DNA of 64,000 bases from Candidatus Lustribacter sp. (GTDB lineage Bacteria; Vulcanimicrobiota; Vulcanimicrobiia; Vulcanimicrobiales; Vulcanimicrobiaceae): contig OZ255842.1 in NCBI GenBank assembly GCA_965277805.1, forward strand, positions 1,056,001-1,120,000, written 5' to 3'. Below are positions 9,972 to 23,990 of the stretch, piece by piece; position 1 is the first letter of the stretch, and the number at the start of each line of letters is the position of its first letter. The translations under genes and the position numbers were made by a program. Below the pieces are notes generated by a model. It searched no databases. It was given only the letters and a program-made list of their open reading frames with translations, and was not told the DNA's origin.

Positions 9972-10991
9972 TTACTTCGCGAAGACGGTGCGGATCGAAC
10001 CGATGATATTCGACGGCCGCATCATGTCGGCCGCAGCGGTCGCTTCGAAGCCCGAATGCACCATGCAGTCTTCGCACTTCTTGTTGCCGCTCTTGTGGCC
10101 GTACTTTTCCCACTCGGTCGTTTCGAGCAGCTCTTTGTAGCTCGACGCGTAGCCTTCACCGAGCAGATAGCACGGCTTCTGCCAGCCGAAGAGGCTGTAG
10201 CTGGGCATGCCCCACGGCGTGCAGTCGTACTCTTTCTCACCGGTGAGGAAGTCGAGGAAGAACGGGCTCGCGTTGAACTCCCATTTCTTCTTGCCGGCTT
10301 TGTACGGCGCGAGAATACCGCGGAAGAGCTGACGCGTTTCTTCGACCGCCAGGAAGTGATCCTGATCGGGCGCCTTCTCGTAGCGGTAGCCGGGCGAGAG
10401 TTGCATGCCGTCGACGTGCAGTTCGTCCGTGACGAAGTCGAAGAACGCGTGGAAATCTTCCGGCTGCGAGCCTTCGAAAATCGTCGTGTTCGTGTAGACG
10501 CGGAAGCCCTTGGCCTTGGCCGCGCGAATCGCTTTGATCGCGATGTCGTAGGTGCCCGGACGCGCAACCGCTTCGTCGTGAATGTGCTGCGGGCCGTCGA
10601 GATGGATGTTGAAGCCGAAGTAGTCCGACGGCGTGAACTTATCGAGGCTCGCTTCCAAGCGCAGCGCGTTCGTGCAGAGGTAGACGAACTTCTTGCGCGC
10701 GATCAGACCTTCGACGATCTCTTGAATTTGCGGATGTAGCAACGGCTCGCCGCCCGGGATCGCGACCACGGGTGCGCCGCATTCATCCACCGCTTCGAAG
10801 CACTTCTCTGGCGAGAGGTGCTGACGCAGAATTTCCACCGGGTGCTGGATCTTGCCGCAACCGCTGCAAGCGAGGTTGCAGCGGAATAACGGCTCCAGCA
10901 TGAGCACGAGCGGATACCGCTTCTTGCCCATGAGCCGCTGCCGTACCACGTACGACCCGACCGCGATTGCCTGCTTGAGTGCGATTGCCAC
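9972..10991 (-). CDS. hpnH: Adenosyl-hopene transferase HpnH (radical SAM)
   Basis: [50 protein letters not shown]. Confidence 0.95.
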   Translation of the reverse strand: MAIALKQAIAVGSYVVRQRLMGKKRYPLVLMLEPLFRCNLACSGCGKIQHPVEILRQHLSPEKCFEAVDECGAPVVAIPGGEPLLHPQIQEIVEGLIARKKFVYLCTNALRLEASLDKFTPSDYFGFNIHLDGPQHIHDEAVARPGTYDIAIKAIRAAKAKGFRVYTNTTIFEGSQPEDFHAFFDFVTDELHVDGMQLSPGYRYEKAPDQDHFLAVEETRQLFRGILAPYKAGKKKWEFNASPFFLDFLTGEKEYDCTPWGMPSYSLFGWQKPCYLLGEGYASSYKELLETTEWEKYGHKSGNKKCEDCMVHSGFEATAAADMMRPSNIIGSIRTVFAK

Positions 10992-11990
10992 TTATGTCTC
11001 CAAAACGTGTGAATTGAGGTAGCCGTGCTCTTGAAACCAGGTAACCGCGTCGGATAACGCGCGGGTTACGGGTGCCGGCGTGAGCCCCAAGATTGCTGTA
11101 GCTTTCGCGGTGTCGTAGTACATTCGCTGCTTGGCCATCCGAACGCCCTCGAACGGCACGTCGGCGGGCGCGCCGAGTGGCGCCAGGGCGAACTCGCCCA
11201 CGGCCGCGTAGGCCAACCCGACAAAAGGCGGCAGCCGAACCGTCGGTGCCGGGCGGCCCGTGAGCGCGCTCAGGCGTTCGAGCAGGCCGCGCAGCGTCAT
11301 GTTCTCGTTGCCGAGGATGTAGCGCTCGCCCGTCCGGCCGCGCTCGTAGGCCAGGATGTGTCCCGTCGCCACATCGCGCACGTCGACGATGTTAAGCCCG
11401 GTATCCATGTATGCCGGCATCTTGCCGGTGCAGAAGCGCACTACGATGTCGCCGGTCGGCGTCGGTTTCGCATCCCACGGCCCGATCGGCGTCGAAGGAT
11501 TCACGACGACGACGTCTTGCCCATCGGCAACCGCTCGCTGCACGAGCACCTCGCCGTCGTACTTCGAGCGCTTGTATGCGCCGACCAGCGCCTCGCGTTC
11601 GCTCTGATACTGCTCGTTGGCCGGTTCGCCGTCGGCACGCACGCCGATCGCCGCGACCGAACTCGTGTGCACCACGCGCGGCACGCCGGCCCGCCGCGCG
11701 GCGTTGAGCACGAGCCGCGTGCCCTCGACGTTCACCCGCATCACTTCGTTGCGATCGCGCCGCCACAAACTATAGAAGGCCGCAACGTGAAACACCACAT
11801 CGCAGCCCTTCATCGCATCGCTCAGCGTGGGCGAAAACAAATCCCCGGTCACGCGTTCGATCCCGAGCCCCTCGAGCGATGGTGCGGCGCCGCGGATCAG
11901 TGCCCGCACGGTCCAATTCCGATCTAGCAGCGCCCGGGCCAGATTCGCACCCACGAACCCGGACGCGCCGGTGATGAACGCGGTGGGCAG
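10992..11990 (-). CDS. hpnA: Hopanoid-associated sugar epimerase HpnA (NAD-dependent); probable CTG start
   Basis: TGASGFVG Rossmann motif, HVAAFY, YKRSK, NPSTPIGPWDAKPTPTG; adjacent to hpnH. Confidence 0.85.
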   Translation of the reverse strand: MPTAFITGASGFVGANLARALLDRNWTVRALIRGAAPSLEGLGIERVTGDLFSPTLSDAMKGCDVVFHVAAFYSLWRRDRNEVMRVNVEGTRLVLNAARRAGVPRVVHTSSVAAIGVRADGEPANEQYQSEREALVGAYKRSKYDGEVLVQRAVADGQDVVVVNPSTPIGPWDAKPTPTGDIVVRFCTGKMPAYMDTGLNIVDVRDVATGHILAYERGRTGERYILGNENMTLRGLLERLSALTGRPAPTVRLPPFVGLAYAAVGEFALAPLGAPADVPFEGVRMAKQRMYYDTAKATAILGLTPAPVTRALSDAVTWFQEHGYLNSHVLET

Positions 11991-11993
11991 TGC

Positions 11994-13037
11994 CTACCTC
12001 CGGCTAAAGTCGAAGGGCCGTTCGCGCACGCGATCGACGAGCCAGCGCAACGAATAGTTCGTCAAGGTCGAGGTCGACGCGGCGAAGATCAGCGCTTTCA
12101 CTTCGTTGCGCGAGATCTTGACGTTGCCGCCCGGGACGAGCATCGCGTCGGACTGGGCGATCTCGCGCATCGTCGCCACGGCGAAGAGCACCGGCAGCAC
12201 GCAGAAGAGCCGGATGCGCACGGCCATCAGCGGCAGGTTCTCGATGTAGCGCAGCGAGCGTTCGATGTCGTCCTGCGCGATCGCGCACAACGGATCGAGG
12301 GCCGCGCGGCTCTGCGCCCGGCGCTCGGGGTCCAACAGCAACTCGTGCGTGCTGCCTTGCGCCGCGAGCAGTTCCGACGGCACGTAGATCGAGTTTTCTT
12401 GCTCGGCATCCCACGCGATGTCTTTGAGGATGTTCACCGACTGCAGCGCTTCGCCGAACGGCTCGCAATCCGCGAGCAGCTTCGTGTAGACGCGCTGGTC
12501 GACGGCGCTCGAATGATGGTGCCAGAGATCGGTGAGCAGATGGCCCACGGTGCCGGCCACGTAGTAACAGTATTGGTGGAACTCGGGCACCGAGGCGATG
12601 CGGATGCCGTCCGGGTGTTCGACGACGAACTGCCGCATGCCGCGCACCATTTCGGCGATCCACTTCCGTAGGATGTCTTGCGTGCGAACGTCGAGGTTAC
12701 GGTAGAGCGCGAAGACTTCGCCGGTCGCGGCGACCAGGTCGAGGTACTCTTCGTTGCTGGTCAACTCGTGGATCGTATCGCCGTAGGCGTCGGCGCGGTG
12801 CGGGTCATCGAAGCACTCGAGGAAGAGGTCGAGCAGTTCGGCCTTCCGCGCGGCGGACAAGGCCAGATCGTCTTCGACCGTATCGGCGATGCGGCAGAAG
12901 AGATAGCCCAACCGCACCGGCATCTCGAGACGAGAGGGCAGCAGTTTAATTCCGAGCGCGAACGTCCGTGAGACCTTCGGCAGCATCTCCCGGGTGTGCC
13001 GGTCGATGTCGATGACGGAGTTGTTCTCAAGCAGCAT
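11994..13037 (-). CDS. Squalene/phytoene synthase family (farnesyl-diphosphate farnesyltransferase-like)
   Basis: VSRTFAL, YLFCRIADTVEDD, YCYYVAGTVG, LQSVNILKD motifs. Confidence 0.88.
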   Translation of the reverse strand: MLLENNSVIDIDRHTREMLPKVSRTFALGIKLLPSRLEMPVRLGYLFCRIADTVEDDLALSAARKAELLDLFLECFDDPHRADAYGDTIHELTSNEEYLDLVAATGEVFALYRNLDVRTQDILRKWIAEMVRGMRQFVVEHPDGIRIASVPEFHQYCYYVAGTVGHLLTDLWHHHSSAVDQRVYTKLLADCEPFGEALQSVNILKDIAWDAEQENSIYVPSELLAAQGSTHELLLDPERRAQSRAALDPLCAIAQDDIERSLRYIENLPLMAVRIRLFCVLPVLFAVATMREIAQSDAMLVPGGNVKISRNEVKALIFAASTSTLTNYSLRWLVDRVRERPFDFSRR

Positions 13038-13245
13038 TACTCGGTGAAAAATTCTCCCATTGAAGGTCACGTATCGCGTCTGCGGGCGTGCCTTCGCGTG
13101 CGGCCACCGGCTGTTAGGCCTACCAAGGACGGTTCTCGAACATCGGTTTCAGCGTTTGTAAAAATATCCTCGGTTTCTCACCGTACGCCAAGGTACGGCA
13201 ACGCCGCGGCAGGAGGAAGGAGTGCCCGCCGGACAAGGTCTCTCC

Positions 13246-14190
13246 ATGGCCGTTAAAGCGGATTCACTCCAAGATCTCTACGCGACGGTCGCGCCGCAGA
13301 ATTTCGGCCCCGGCTGGAACAAGCCGACGCCCTCACTGTGGCCCCAGCCGCTCAAACACTATGTCCCCGCGCATTGGGCCTACCGAAACGGTCACGATGC
13401 GCTCGAACGCGCCGGGCGGCTGATCGGAACGGAGCTCGCGGAACGCCGTAATCTGATCATGGCGAACCCGCTCGAGGGCAACACCTACAACACGAGCGCC
13501 ACGCTGATCACGGCCTACCAGATGCTGCTGCCGGGCGAGCACGCGCGCTCGCACCGTCACATGCCCAACGCCTTGCGCCTGATCGTCGAGGCCGACGAGG
13601 GCGCCTACACGATCGTCAATGGCGAGAAGATCATGATGCTGCCCGGCGACGTGGTGCTCACCCCGTCGTGGATGTGGCACGGTCACGGCAATTCTGGGAA
13701 AATCCCGGCCTACTGGATCGATTACCTCGACGTGCCGATGGTCCAGTCGCTCGAGCCGATGTTCTTCGAAGATCACCCGAAGGGCTTCGAGGACGATGCC
13801 GTGCCGTCGAACGCCTCCCCGCTGCGCTTCACGTGGCCCTGGATCGAGGCGCGCCTCAACGAGGCGAAGGCCGACCCGCAAGGCCGCCTCGGCCGTCAGG
13901 TCACCCTCGACACGCCGTCTCTGAAGACGATCCGCCTGCACATGAACGCGCACGCCGCCGGATCGAAAACCACGCCCTACCAGACGACGGCGTCCAACAT
14001 CTACAGCGTCGTGTCGGGCACCGGGAAAACGACGATCGACGGCACCACGTTCACGTGGGCTCCCGGCGACGTGTTCGTCGCGCCGCCGTGGCGCAGTCAC
14101 GTGCACGAGCCCGAAACGGACGCCGTGCTCTTCCGCGTCACCGACGAAGCCGCGCTCGATCTCCTGGGTTTCTTGCGGGAAGCAAACTGA
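13246..14190 (+). CDS. Gentisate 1,2-dioxygenase-like bicupin
   Basis: AERRNLIMANP, PGEHARSHRH, GDVVLTPSWMWHGH, WIDYLDVP. Confidence 0.85.
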   Translation: MAVKADSLQDLYATVAPQNFGPGWNKPTPSLWPQPLKHYVPAHWAYRNGHDALERAGRLIGTELAERRNLIMANPLEGNTYNTSATLITAYQMLLPGEHARSHRHMPNALRLIVEADEGAYTIVNGEKIMMLPGDVVLTPSWMWHGHGNSGKIPAYWIDYLDVPMVQSLEPMFFEDHPKGFEDDAVPSNASPLRFTWPWIEARLNEAKADPQGRLGRQVTLDTPSLKTIRLHMNAHAAGSKTTPYQTTASNIYSVVSGTGKTTIDGTTFTWAPGDVFVAPPWRSHVHEPETDAVLFRVTDEAALDLLGFLREAN

Positions 14191-14903
14191 CGGACACGCG
14201 CGTCGACGAAATCGCCGGCGGGATCTACCGCTTCTCGACGTTCAGCCCGCAGTCGGGCATCGTGTTCAACCAGTTCCTGATCGACGCGCACGAGCCGCTG
14301 CTCTTTCACACGGGCCAGAAGTGGCTCTTCCCCGCGCTGAGCGAAGCACTGGCGCGCGTCATGGATCCGGCGAAGCTGCGCTGGGTGACGTTCAGTCACT
14401 ACGAAGCGGACGAAAGCGGCGCGATGAACGAGTGGCTCGCCGTCGCGCCCGACGCCGTCATCGCGCATAGTACGATCGGCGTGCGCACCTCGATCGGCGA
14501 TCAGGCCGATCGCCCGCCGCGTGCGCTCGCCGACGGCGAGATCCTGGACCTCGGCGGTAAGCGGGTGCGCTACCTCGCGACGCCCCACGTTCCGCATGGC
14601 TGGGACGCCGGGCTCATCTACGAGGAGACGACGAAGACGCTGTTCACGAGCGATTTGTTCACCCGCCGCGGTGACGACGGCGTCTTCAGCGACGCCGACC
14701 TCATCGGCCCCGCGATGGCGTCGGAAGACCATAGCCACGCGACGTCGATTACGCCGCAAACGGCCCCGACGCTACGCCGCCTCGCTGCGCTCCCGCTGGA
14801 GACGCTGGCGATCATGCACGCGCCGGCCTATAACGGCAACGGCGGCCAGGCCCTCGAGGACCTCGCCGCCGCATATGAATCGAGACTCGCGCTCGGCGTT
14901 TAG
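14187..14903 (+). CDS. MBL-fold metalloprotein (ODP/FprA N-terminal-like); probable CTG start
   Basis: TRVDEIAGGIYRFST, FNQFLI, SHYEADESG, TPHVPHGW, SDLF; CTGA overlap with upstream stop. Confidence 0.8.
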   Translation: MTDTRVDEIAGGIYRFSTFSPQSGIVFNQFLIDAHEPLLFHTGQKWLFPALSEALARVMDPAKLRWVTFSHYEADESGAMNEWLAVAPDAVIAHSTIGVRTSIGDQADRPPRALADGEILDLGGKRVRYLATPHVPHGWDAGLIYEETTKTLFTSDLFTRRGDDGVFSDADLIGPAMASEDHSHATSITPQTAPTLRRLAALPLETLAIMHAPAYNGNGGQALEDLAAAYESRLALGV

Positions 14904-16780
14904 GAGCCCGGACCGAACGAGAGCAACATGAAGGCGTCGTTGTAGCGCGTCACCGTGTCGGTGAGCGTTTGGAGCGCGGTCGTGTCGGTCGAAGGTGTCC
15001 AGGGTGTTGCGGGATTGCCGGGCGGTGGCGCGGTACCCGAGCCCGGCGCGTAGATCGACACGGTCGCCCAGGTCGCCCAAATGACGTTACCCGCGCGATC
15101 GATGAGCACGTTGATGCCGTCGCCGATGTTGTGGGTGGTTGTAATAACCCGCGACGGCAGCACCTCGCCTTGCGAAGAGGCCGGAACGATGTCGAGCGTG
15201 CCGTGCTGATCGGCCGAAATGTAGACATTGTTCGCAGCGTCGATGGCGAGACCGTAGATCGCATCCGAACTGAGGTGCGAATTCGCCGTTGAGAACGAGC
15301 GGTTGAACGTGAACCCCGCTCCCGTCGGCGCGAAGGCGAGAACGTCGTCATCGCCGCTCGTCGTTTCGAATGCTTCGATATACACGGTGCCGTCCGAACC
15401 GACGGTAATCGCGTTCGGAACGGTTTGAGTGAACGTTCCCGGTACCGTTACCGCAGCACCGATTGCCGCGCCGGTGGCCGGATTGATCTGTTCGAAGCCG
15501 CCGTTGATTCCGACGAACACCTTGCCGCCCGGTCCGAGCGCAAGCGGTCCGAACGGTCCGGCGACGATCGAACTGCCGGCGGGCCACGCCGGCGTCGTTC
15601 CCGCATCAAAGATGCCGGGCTGGTTGTTGTACCATTCCGTGAAATACGCATGACCGTTGGGGGCGGTCGCCATGCCGACGCCCGGCATGGTTTGCAGCTG
15701 GTTGGTCCCATAGTCGTAGATGACGTCGTTGAGATTGCCAAAGCCGGTCGAGGAACTGCTCGAGTTCGTACCGAGCGAGTACGGTGCGGATGTCGAACTC
15801 GTGAGCAGAAGATTTCCGAGCCGCTGTATGCCGGTGGTGGGGTTGTAGCTTTGCACGTTTCGCCGTGCCGCCGTTGCCCCGCGGCGTGCCTGCGACTCGA
15901 TGCCGGTACTGGGACCGAACGTCACGGGATCGGCGGTGCCGTTCTCCGCACCGGCAGCGTATGCGAAGATGATCGGCTTTGCCGTGAACGCGATTTGCGC
16001 CGTCGCTGTTGTCACCGTGCTCGAGCCGGCCGAGAGCGTGACGCTGGTGGGCTGAAAATAATTGTCATAGGCGAGCGTCGCGTTTCCGGGCGCGGTGAGC
16101 GTGGCCGGAGAGAGCGTCGTCGCTCCCGTCGTGTCGGAGTCCGCGAGCGCGATCGTGACCGCATTCCCGTTTGCATCGGAGAACGGCTGGCTGCCGACGA
16201 TGGTGTTGCCCGCGGCATCCTTGACGTTGACGGTGACGGGAACCGACGTCGCGGCGACGCTCGGGACGGGCGACGTCACAACCAGCGCGACGGTGGCCGG
16301 TACGCCGCCGAGTGAGATCGAGATCGGATTCGCCTGACCGGCGACGATGCTCGCGGTAATCTTGTTGGTGGAAAGCGCGGTACCGGTGCCGGCGGTGTTG
16401 GCGTACGTGGCGACGACGAACTGCTGATTCGCGCCGACCGGCAGCGGCACGTTAACGGTGCACGTCGTACCGCTCGTGCCGCTCGTGCATCCGGGTGACG
16501 TCGGCGTCAGCGCAACGACGACCGGCGAACCAGTCGCGGCCGCAAACGACAGCGATTGCGTCGAGGGCGAAATGTATTGCGCGCGCCGCAACGCTTGCGC
16601 CGCCGTGAGTGCGGGGATGACGATCGACACTTGCGCGTTCGCGGTGCCGCCGGCTTGCGGTGCCCCGTTGGCCGGCAGGGTGGGAACGGATCCCGAACCG
16701 GAGCTGCCGCCGCTGGAGCAGCCGGCAACGAGCAGGGTCAGTGCGACGAGAGCGAGCCGGTGATGCATGATGTTCCTCAT
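14900..16780 (-). CDS. Large secreted lipoprotein: Ig-like N-terminal part and NHL/beta-propeller-like C-terminal part
   Basis: Lipobox LVAGC, Ser/Gly linker, Thr-rich beta strands, GLAIDAANNVYI-type propeller repeats. Confidence 0.7.
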   Translation of the reverse strand: MRNIMHHRLALVALTLLVAGCSSGGSSGSGSVPTLPANGAPQAGGTANAQVSIVIPALTAAQALRRAQYISPSTQSLSFAAATGSPVVVALTPTSPGCTSGTSGTTCTVNVPLPVGANQQFVVATYANTAGTGTALSTNKITASIVAGQANPISISLGGVPATVALVVTSPVPSVAATSVPVTVNVKDAAGNTIVGSQPFSDANGNAVTIALADSDTTGATTLSPATLTAPGNATLAYDNYFQPTSVTLSAGSSTVTTATAQIAFTAKPIIFAYAAGAENGTADPVTFGPSTGIESQARRGATAARRNVQSYNPTTGIQRLGNLLLTSSTSAPYSLGTNSSSSSTGFGNLNDVIYDYGTNQLQTMPGVGMATAPNGHAYFTEWYNNQPGIFDAGTTPAWPAGSSIVAGPFGPLALGPGGKVFVGINGGFEQINPATGAAIGAAVTVPGTFTQTVPNAITVGSDGTVYIEAFETTSGDDDVLAFAPTGAGFTFNRSFSTANSHLSSDAIYGLAIDAANNVYISADQHGTLDIVPASSQGEVLPSRVITTTHNIGDGINVLIDRAGNVIWATWATVSIYAPGSGTAPPPGNPATPWTPSTDTTALQTLTDTVTRYNDAFMLLSFGPGS

Positions 16781-17569
16781 CTAGTTCACCGTCACAGGGG
16801 TCGTCGTGACCGTGATGCTGATCTTTCCGGTGGTCGCGCCCGTGACGTCGATCGACGTCGTTCCGGGGCCCGCCGGCGTGACGGTGATGGTGCCGCCCGC
16901 AATCGAAGCGGTCGCGACCGCGGCGTTCTCCGATGTGGCGGTGTAGGCGCCGGTATAACCCGGATAGCTGACCGTGTCGGTCTGCGCCGCGGCGGCGCCG
17001 GTCGTGATGAAGCTCAGCGCCGGCGAGCCGAAGACCAAGACCGGTGCGCTTGTCGCGAAGTCGAACGCGATCGAGCCGCCGGCCGCGAGCGTGTACGTGC
17101 CGCTGGGCGAGGTGGCCATGTACACCGATCCGGTCGACGTCTGCTGCGCCGAGGACGTCAGCTTGCCGGCCGGATCTTGGAAGGTGCCGACGTACGTCGC
17201 CGGTCCGCCGGCGTACGTGATCGTCACGGCGATCGTCCCGCTGAACGTGACCGCTGCGTTGGCCGTCAGGATGACCTCGGCAAACGCGCTCCCATCCGCA
17301 ATGGACGCGGTACTGCGTGCGGCGCTCTGAGTCGCGCTCGCCCCCGTGAGCCCCCGCACCGACAGGACCGTCCCGGCCCCGGCGGTCACTGTCGGCAGCG
17401 TGATCGTCCCCGCCGTCAGCGATCCCGAGGCCGGGACCGCGATCTGGGCATTGGACGTCGCAACGGGTTGCGACGGCGGAACCGGGGTGGAGTCGACCCC
17501 TCCCCCGCCACAGGAAGCCAAGAGAAGCGCAGCGCTAAATAGCGGCGCAAGCAAGCGAACAGACACCAA
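16781..17569 (-). CDS. Lipoprotein with C-terminal Ig-like domain
   Basis: Lipobox LLASC followed by GGGG; Thr/Ala-rich beta sequence. Confidence 0.65.
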   Translation of the reverse strand: MVSVRLLAPLFSAALLLASCGGGGVDSTPVPPSQPVATSNAQIAVPASGSLTAGTITLPTVTAGAGTVLSVRGLTGASATQSAARSTASIADGSAFAEVILTANAAVTFSGTIAVTITYAGGPATYVGTFQDPAGKLTSSAQQTSTGSVYMATSPSGTYTLAAGGSIAFDFATSAPVLVFGSPALSFITTGAAAAQTDTVSYPGYTGAYTATSENAAVATASIAGGTITVTPAGPGTTSIDVTGATTGKISITVTTTPVTVN

Positions 17570-17676
17570 GAAACACCCTCAATCAAACAAAGCGCCGCCA
17601 CAATGCGGCCGCTATCTTCTGTGTACCTTCGGACGCCCACCCAGCGATCACGTACTAGCCCGCTGACCAAAGCTAG

Positions 17677-17707
17677 TGTCGCCCCGAGCTCGTCGAGGGG
17701 CAGCCAC
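17677..17707 (+). repeat. REP-like palindromic repeat upstream of the rpoC promoter
   Basis: TGTCGCCCCGAGCTCGTCGAGGGGCAGCCAC. Confidence 0.65.
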
Positions 17708-17718
17708 CCGGCCCGTCC

Positions 17719-17747
17719 TTGACCGAAATTGCATTAAGGCGTACAAT
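17719..17747 (+). promoter_or_regulatory. Sigma70-type promoter for rpoC
   Basis: TTGACC (17719-17724), 17-bp spacer, TACAAT (17742-17747). Confidence 0.75.
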
Positions 17748-17906
17748 ACCTGCCTATGCCCCTCGGTCGATAACGCGGATCCAAGGAACGTCAACGGCGA
17801 TTCTCTGGACCGCTGTGCCTATTTCCGGCACTCAGCGCCTCCTGCGCCATCCAAGACGTCACCTCGATCGCCTCTGATCGCCGAGTCGCTCAGATAAGGA
17901 CGATAC

Positions 17907-21719
<3,813 letters not shown>

Positions 21720-21723
21720 GGTT

Positions 21724-21752
21724 TGTCATCCCGAGCTTGACGAGGGACCGCC
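21724..21752 (+). repeat. REP-like palindromic repeat just after the rpoC stop
   Basis: TGTCATCCCGAGCTTGACGAGGGACCGCC. Confidence 0.7.
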
Positions 21753-21774
21753 TCAATCAAGCCCTTGGAAATGG

Positions 21775-21808
21775 AAGAGCCCCGCTAACGCGGGGCTCTT
21801 TTGTTTTT
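21775..21808 (+). terminator. Intrinsic terminator of rpoC
   Basis: Stem AAGAGCCCCGC, loop TAAC, stem GCGGGGCTCTT, then TTGTTTTT. Confidence 0.9.
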
Positions 21809-21998
21809 AGAACGGCTTCTCATCATAGTTGCAATAATGCGTCCCCGCATGCCCGACGTCTTTCGAGCACGCCCCCTTATCGCAGTTCGGACACTTGGCC
21901 ATGCACCGTGCAACACCAAAACCCACCAAACCAGCAAACTTCAAAAACAACGTTTTCATCGAGAGCCTTTCATGAGGTAGTGCGCAGAAAAAAAGCCG

Positions 21999-23891
21999 CT
22001 ACTGCGCGAGAGCGGTTGTACCCGACGTAAAGGCCGCCGCTAGCCGCCGTTGCGCGTCCTCGAGTTGACGGCGCAACGACGTAGCGCGAACGTGCTCGCG
22101 CGCCATCGCCGCCGCGCGCACGAGTTGTTCGAGGCAAGCGATCTCATCGGGTGAAAGATCCGTGCCGCTCGCGTGCCCGCCGTACAACACGAACGCATCG
22201 ACGCTGCGCCCCACGGCAAGCGGAATCACGATCGCCGGAAACGCCGGCCCCTGCGGAAGGTCGTCGTTCGCGCGCAACAGCTCGTCCAAGCGCAGCGAAT
22301 CAGGAAACTCGCGGAAGTGCAGCACGATCGGATCGTCGGCCCCGAAGTGTGTCGCCGCGTTCGCCGGCCAACCGCGCGCATTAGGCGCCAGCGCAAACGA
22401 ACCGTCGTCCTGGATCCGGAAAAGCGCCGCAGACGTAATCCCAAATGCCGTGCACGGTGCCTCGGTCAATTGCGCTTCCACGCCTTCCACCGTGTTGGCA
22501 GTAGGCAACATCGCCGCGACCGCGGCCAGCCGCTTTTCGGATTCGTGAAAACTGCGGAAGCAGATGCGATCGACGGTATGATTGAGCCATTCCTGGAGCC
22601 GCTCGAGGAACGGCGCCGCCGCAACGATCACGATGGCAGCGAGCACGCTCGAGAGCAAATGGTTGTTGTCGAGGAAGGTGTGGGCGAGGATCAGCAGCGC
22701 CTCGACGCCCATCGTGACGAACACCCAAACGATGCCGAGCACGATGCCGCGGTTGAGCAGAAAGGCGATGGGCAGCACGCGTTCGCGAATGACCGCATAG
22801 GCAACGCTCACTGCTACCAGCGCATTGACCATGTAGGCGAGGTTCAACCAGATCTCGGGCGGTTGCCAATGAAGCCAATCCCACAGCCCTTGCCACATCG
22901 ACGTGGATTCGATGCTGTCGGCGATAATGAAGAAGATCAAACCCGGAATGCAGCCGGCGATCACCCAGCGCAGCCGCAGCCGATCGGTGGTCGAGAGAAC
23001 GCGCAACTTCGTAAGGAACGCAAACACGACCAGCGGATAGACGGCATACGCCAACCCATACGCCACACGCGAGACCGTCTCGGAGTGCCGGCCGAATTCC
23101 GTGCCGAAGCTCGACATCCCAAGCCCGGCGAGCACGACGAAAAAAAACGGCAACAGCCGCTCGACCGGCGCGCGCCAATTCTCCGCGCGATCGGTGGGAA
23201 AGCGCAGCGCGAATTGCAGAAATCCCACCACGCCGGCGGCCTCAAAGATCGCCTGCAGCGCTTCTTGATACAGCATCAAGTTCGGCGGCAGATAGGCATA
23301 GAACGTGAAGTACTGGCCCGGATTGAACCAGATGGCGAAGAGAAAGAAGCCGAGCGTCGAGCGGCGCGGATAATTCCACACGAGGAATGCCGCAAGCAAA
23401 ATGAACGCGATGCCGAGGATCTGATCGGCTTCGAGTACGATGTCGTCGGGCACCGTCAGGTCGTCCCTGGTCGCGGTGAGCGTCACCGGGACGACCTGCC
23501 CATCGGGCTCGATTAGGCGCAGCCTCACGGCGCGTCCGATCGGCAAGTACTGCATGCCGCCGAGCCCGCCGAAAACTTCCATCAGCCCATCTTGCAGTGG
23601 CGCTCGCTCCGCGGGATCCGCAAGGTCATCCGTGTGCAAGTCGATGGCGTCGCCAGGATGACCCGAAGCTGATGCGATGATGTGCGCCTGCGCCGCCGCG
23701 CTATCCGGAACGACGGAGATGATGTTGCCGTCGTTATCGGCGGAAAGGCCGATCGAGCCGAGCGGCTTGAACGGACGCGTGCAATCCGGCACGATCACCG
23801 CCAGCGCCCATGCCGTAAGCAAGACGATGAAGAACCGAACCGGCCACGATCGAATCCCCAAGGGAAAAAGCGGATAGCGCACCCACGTCAT
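21999..23891 (-). CDS. Multi-pass membrane protein with N-terminal PDZ-like region and C-terminal GAF-like domain
   Basis: ISVVPDSAAAQAHI..GD (PDZ-like), about 8 TM helices, C-terminal AIVIPL...LYGGH.SG.DLSPDE GAF-like segment. Confidence 0.6.
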   Translation of the reverse strand: MTWVRYPLFPLGIRSWPVRFFIVLLTAWALAVIVPDCTRPFKPLGSIGLSADNDGNIISVVPDSAAAQAHIIASASGHPGDAIDLHTDDLADPAERAPLQDGLMEVFGGLGGMQYLPIGRAVRLRLIEPDGQVVPVTLTATRDDLTVPDDIVLEADQILGIAFILLAAFLVWNYPRRSTLGFFLFAIWFNPGQYFTFYAYLPPNLMLYQEALQAIFEAAGVVGFLQFALRFPTDRAENWRAPVERLLPFFFVVLAGLGMSSFGTEFGRHSETVSRVAYGLAYAVYPLVVFAFLTKLRVLSTTDRLRLRWVIAGCIPGLIFFIIADSIESTSMWQGLWDWLHWQPPEIWLNLAYMVNALVAVSVAYAVIRERVLPIAFLLNRGIVLGIVWVFVTMGVEALLILAHTFLDNNHLLSSVLAAIVIVAAAPFLERLQEWLNHTVDRICFRSFHESEKRLAAVAAMLPTANTVEGVEAQLTEAPCTAFGITSAALFRIQDDGSFALAPNARGWPANAATHFGADDPIVLHFREFPDSLRLDELLRANDDLPQGPAFPAIVIPLAVGRSVDAFVLYGGHASGTDLSPDEIACLEQLVRAAAMAREHVRATSLRRQLEDAQRRLAAAFTSGTTALAQ

Positions 23892-23949
23892 CCAGCCCTT
23901 TCAACCACAGGCTCCCCTGCTTACCCACCATGTGAGCGCGCGACCCACT

Positions 23950-23975
23950 TGTCATCCCGAGCAACGTCGAGGGAA
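23950..23975 (+). repeat. REP-like palindromic repeat
   Basis: TGTCATCCCGAGCAACGTCGAGGGAA. Confidence 0.7.
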
Positions 23976-23990
23976 GCTCCCGCATCAGGC

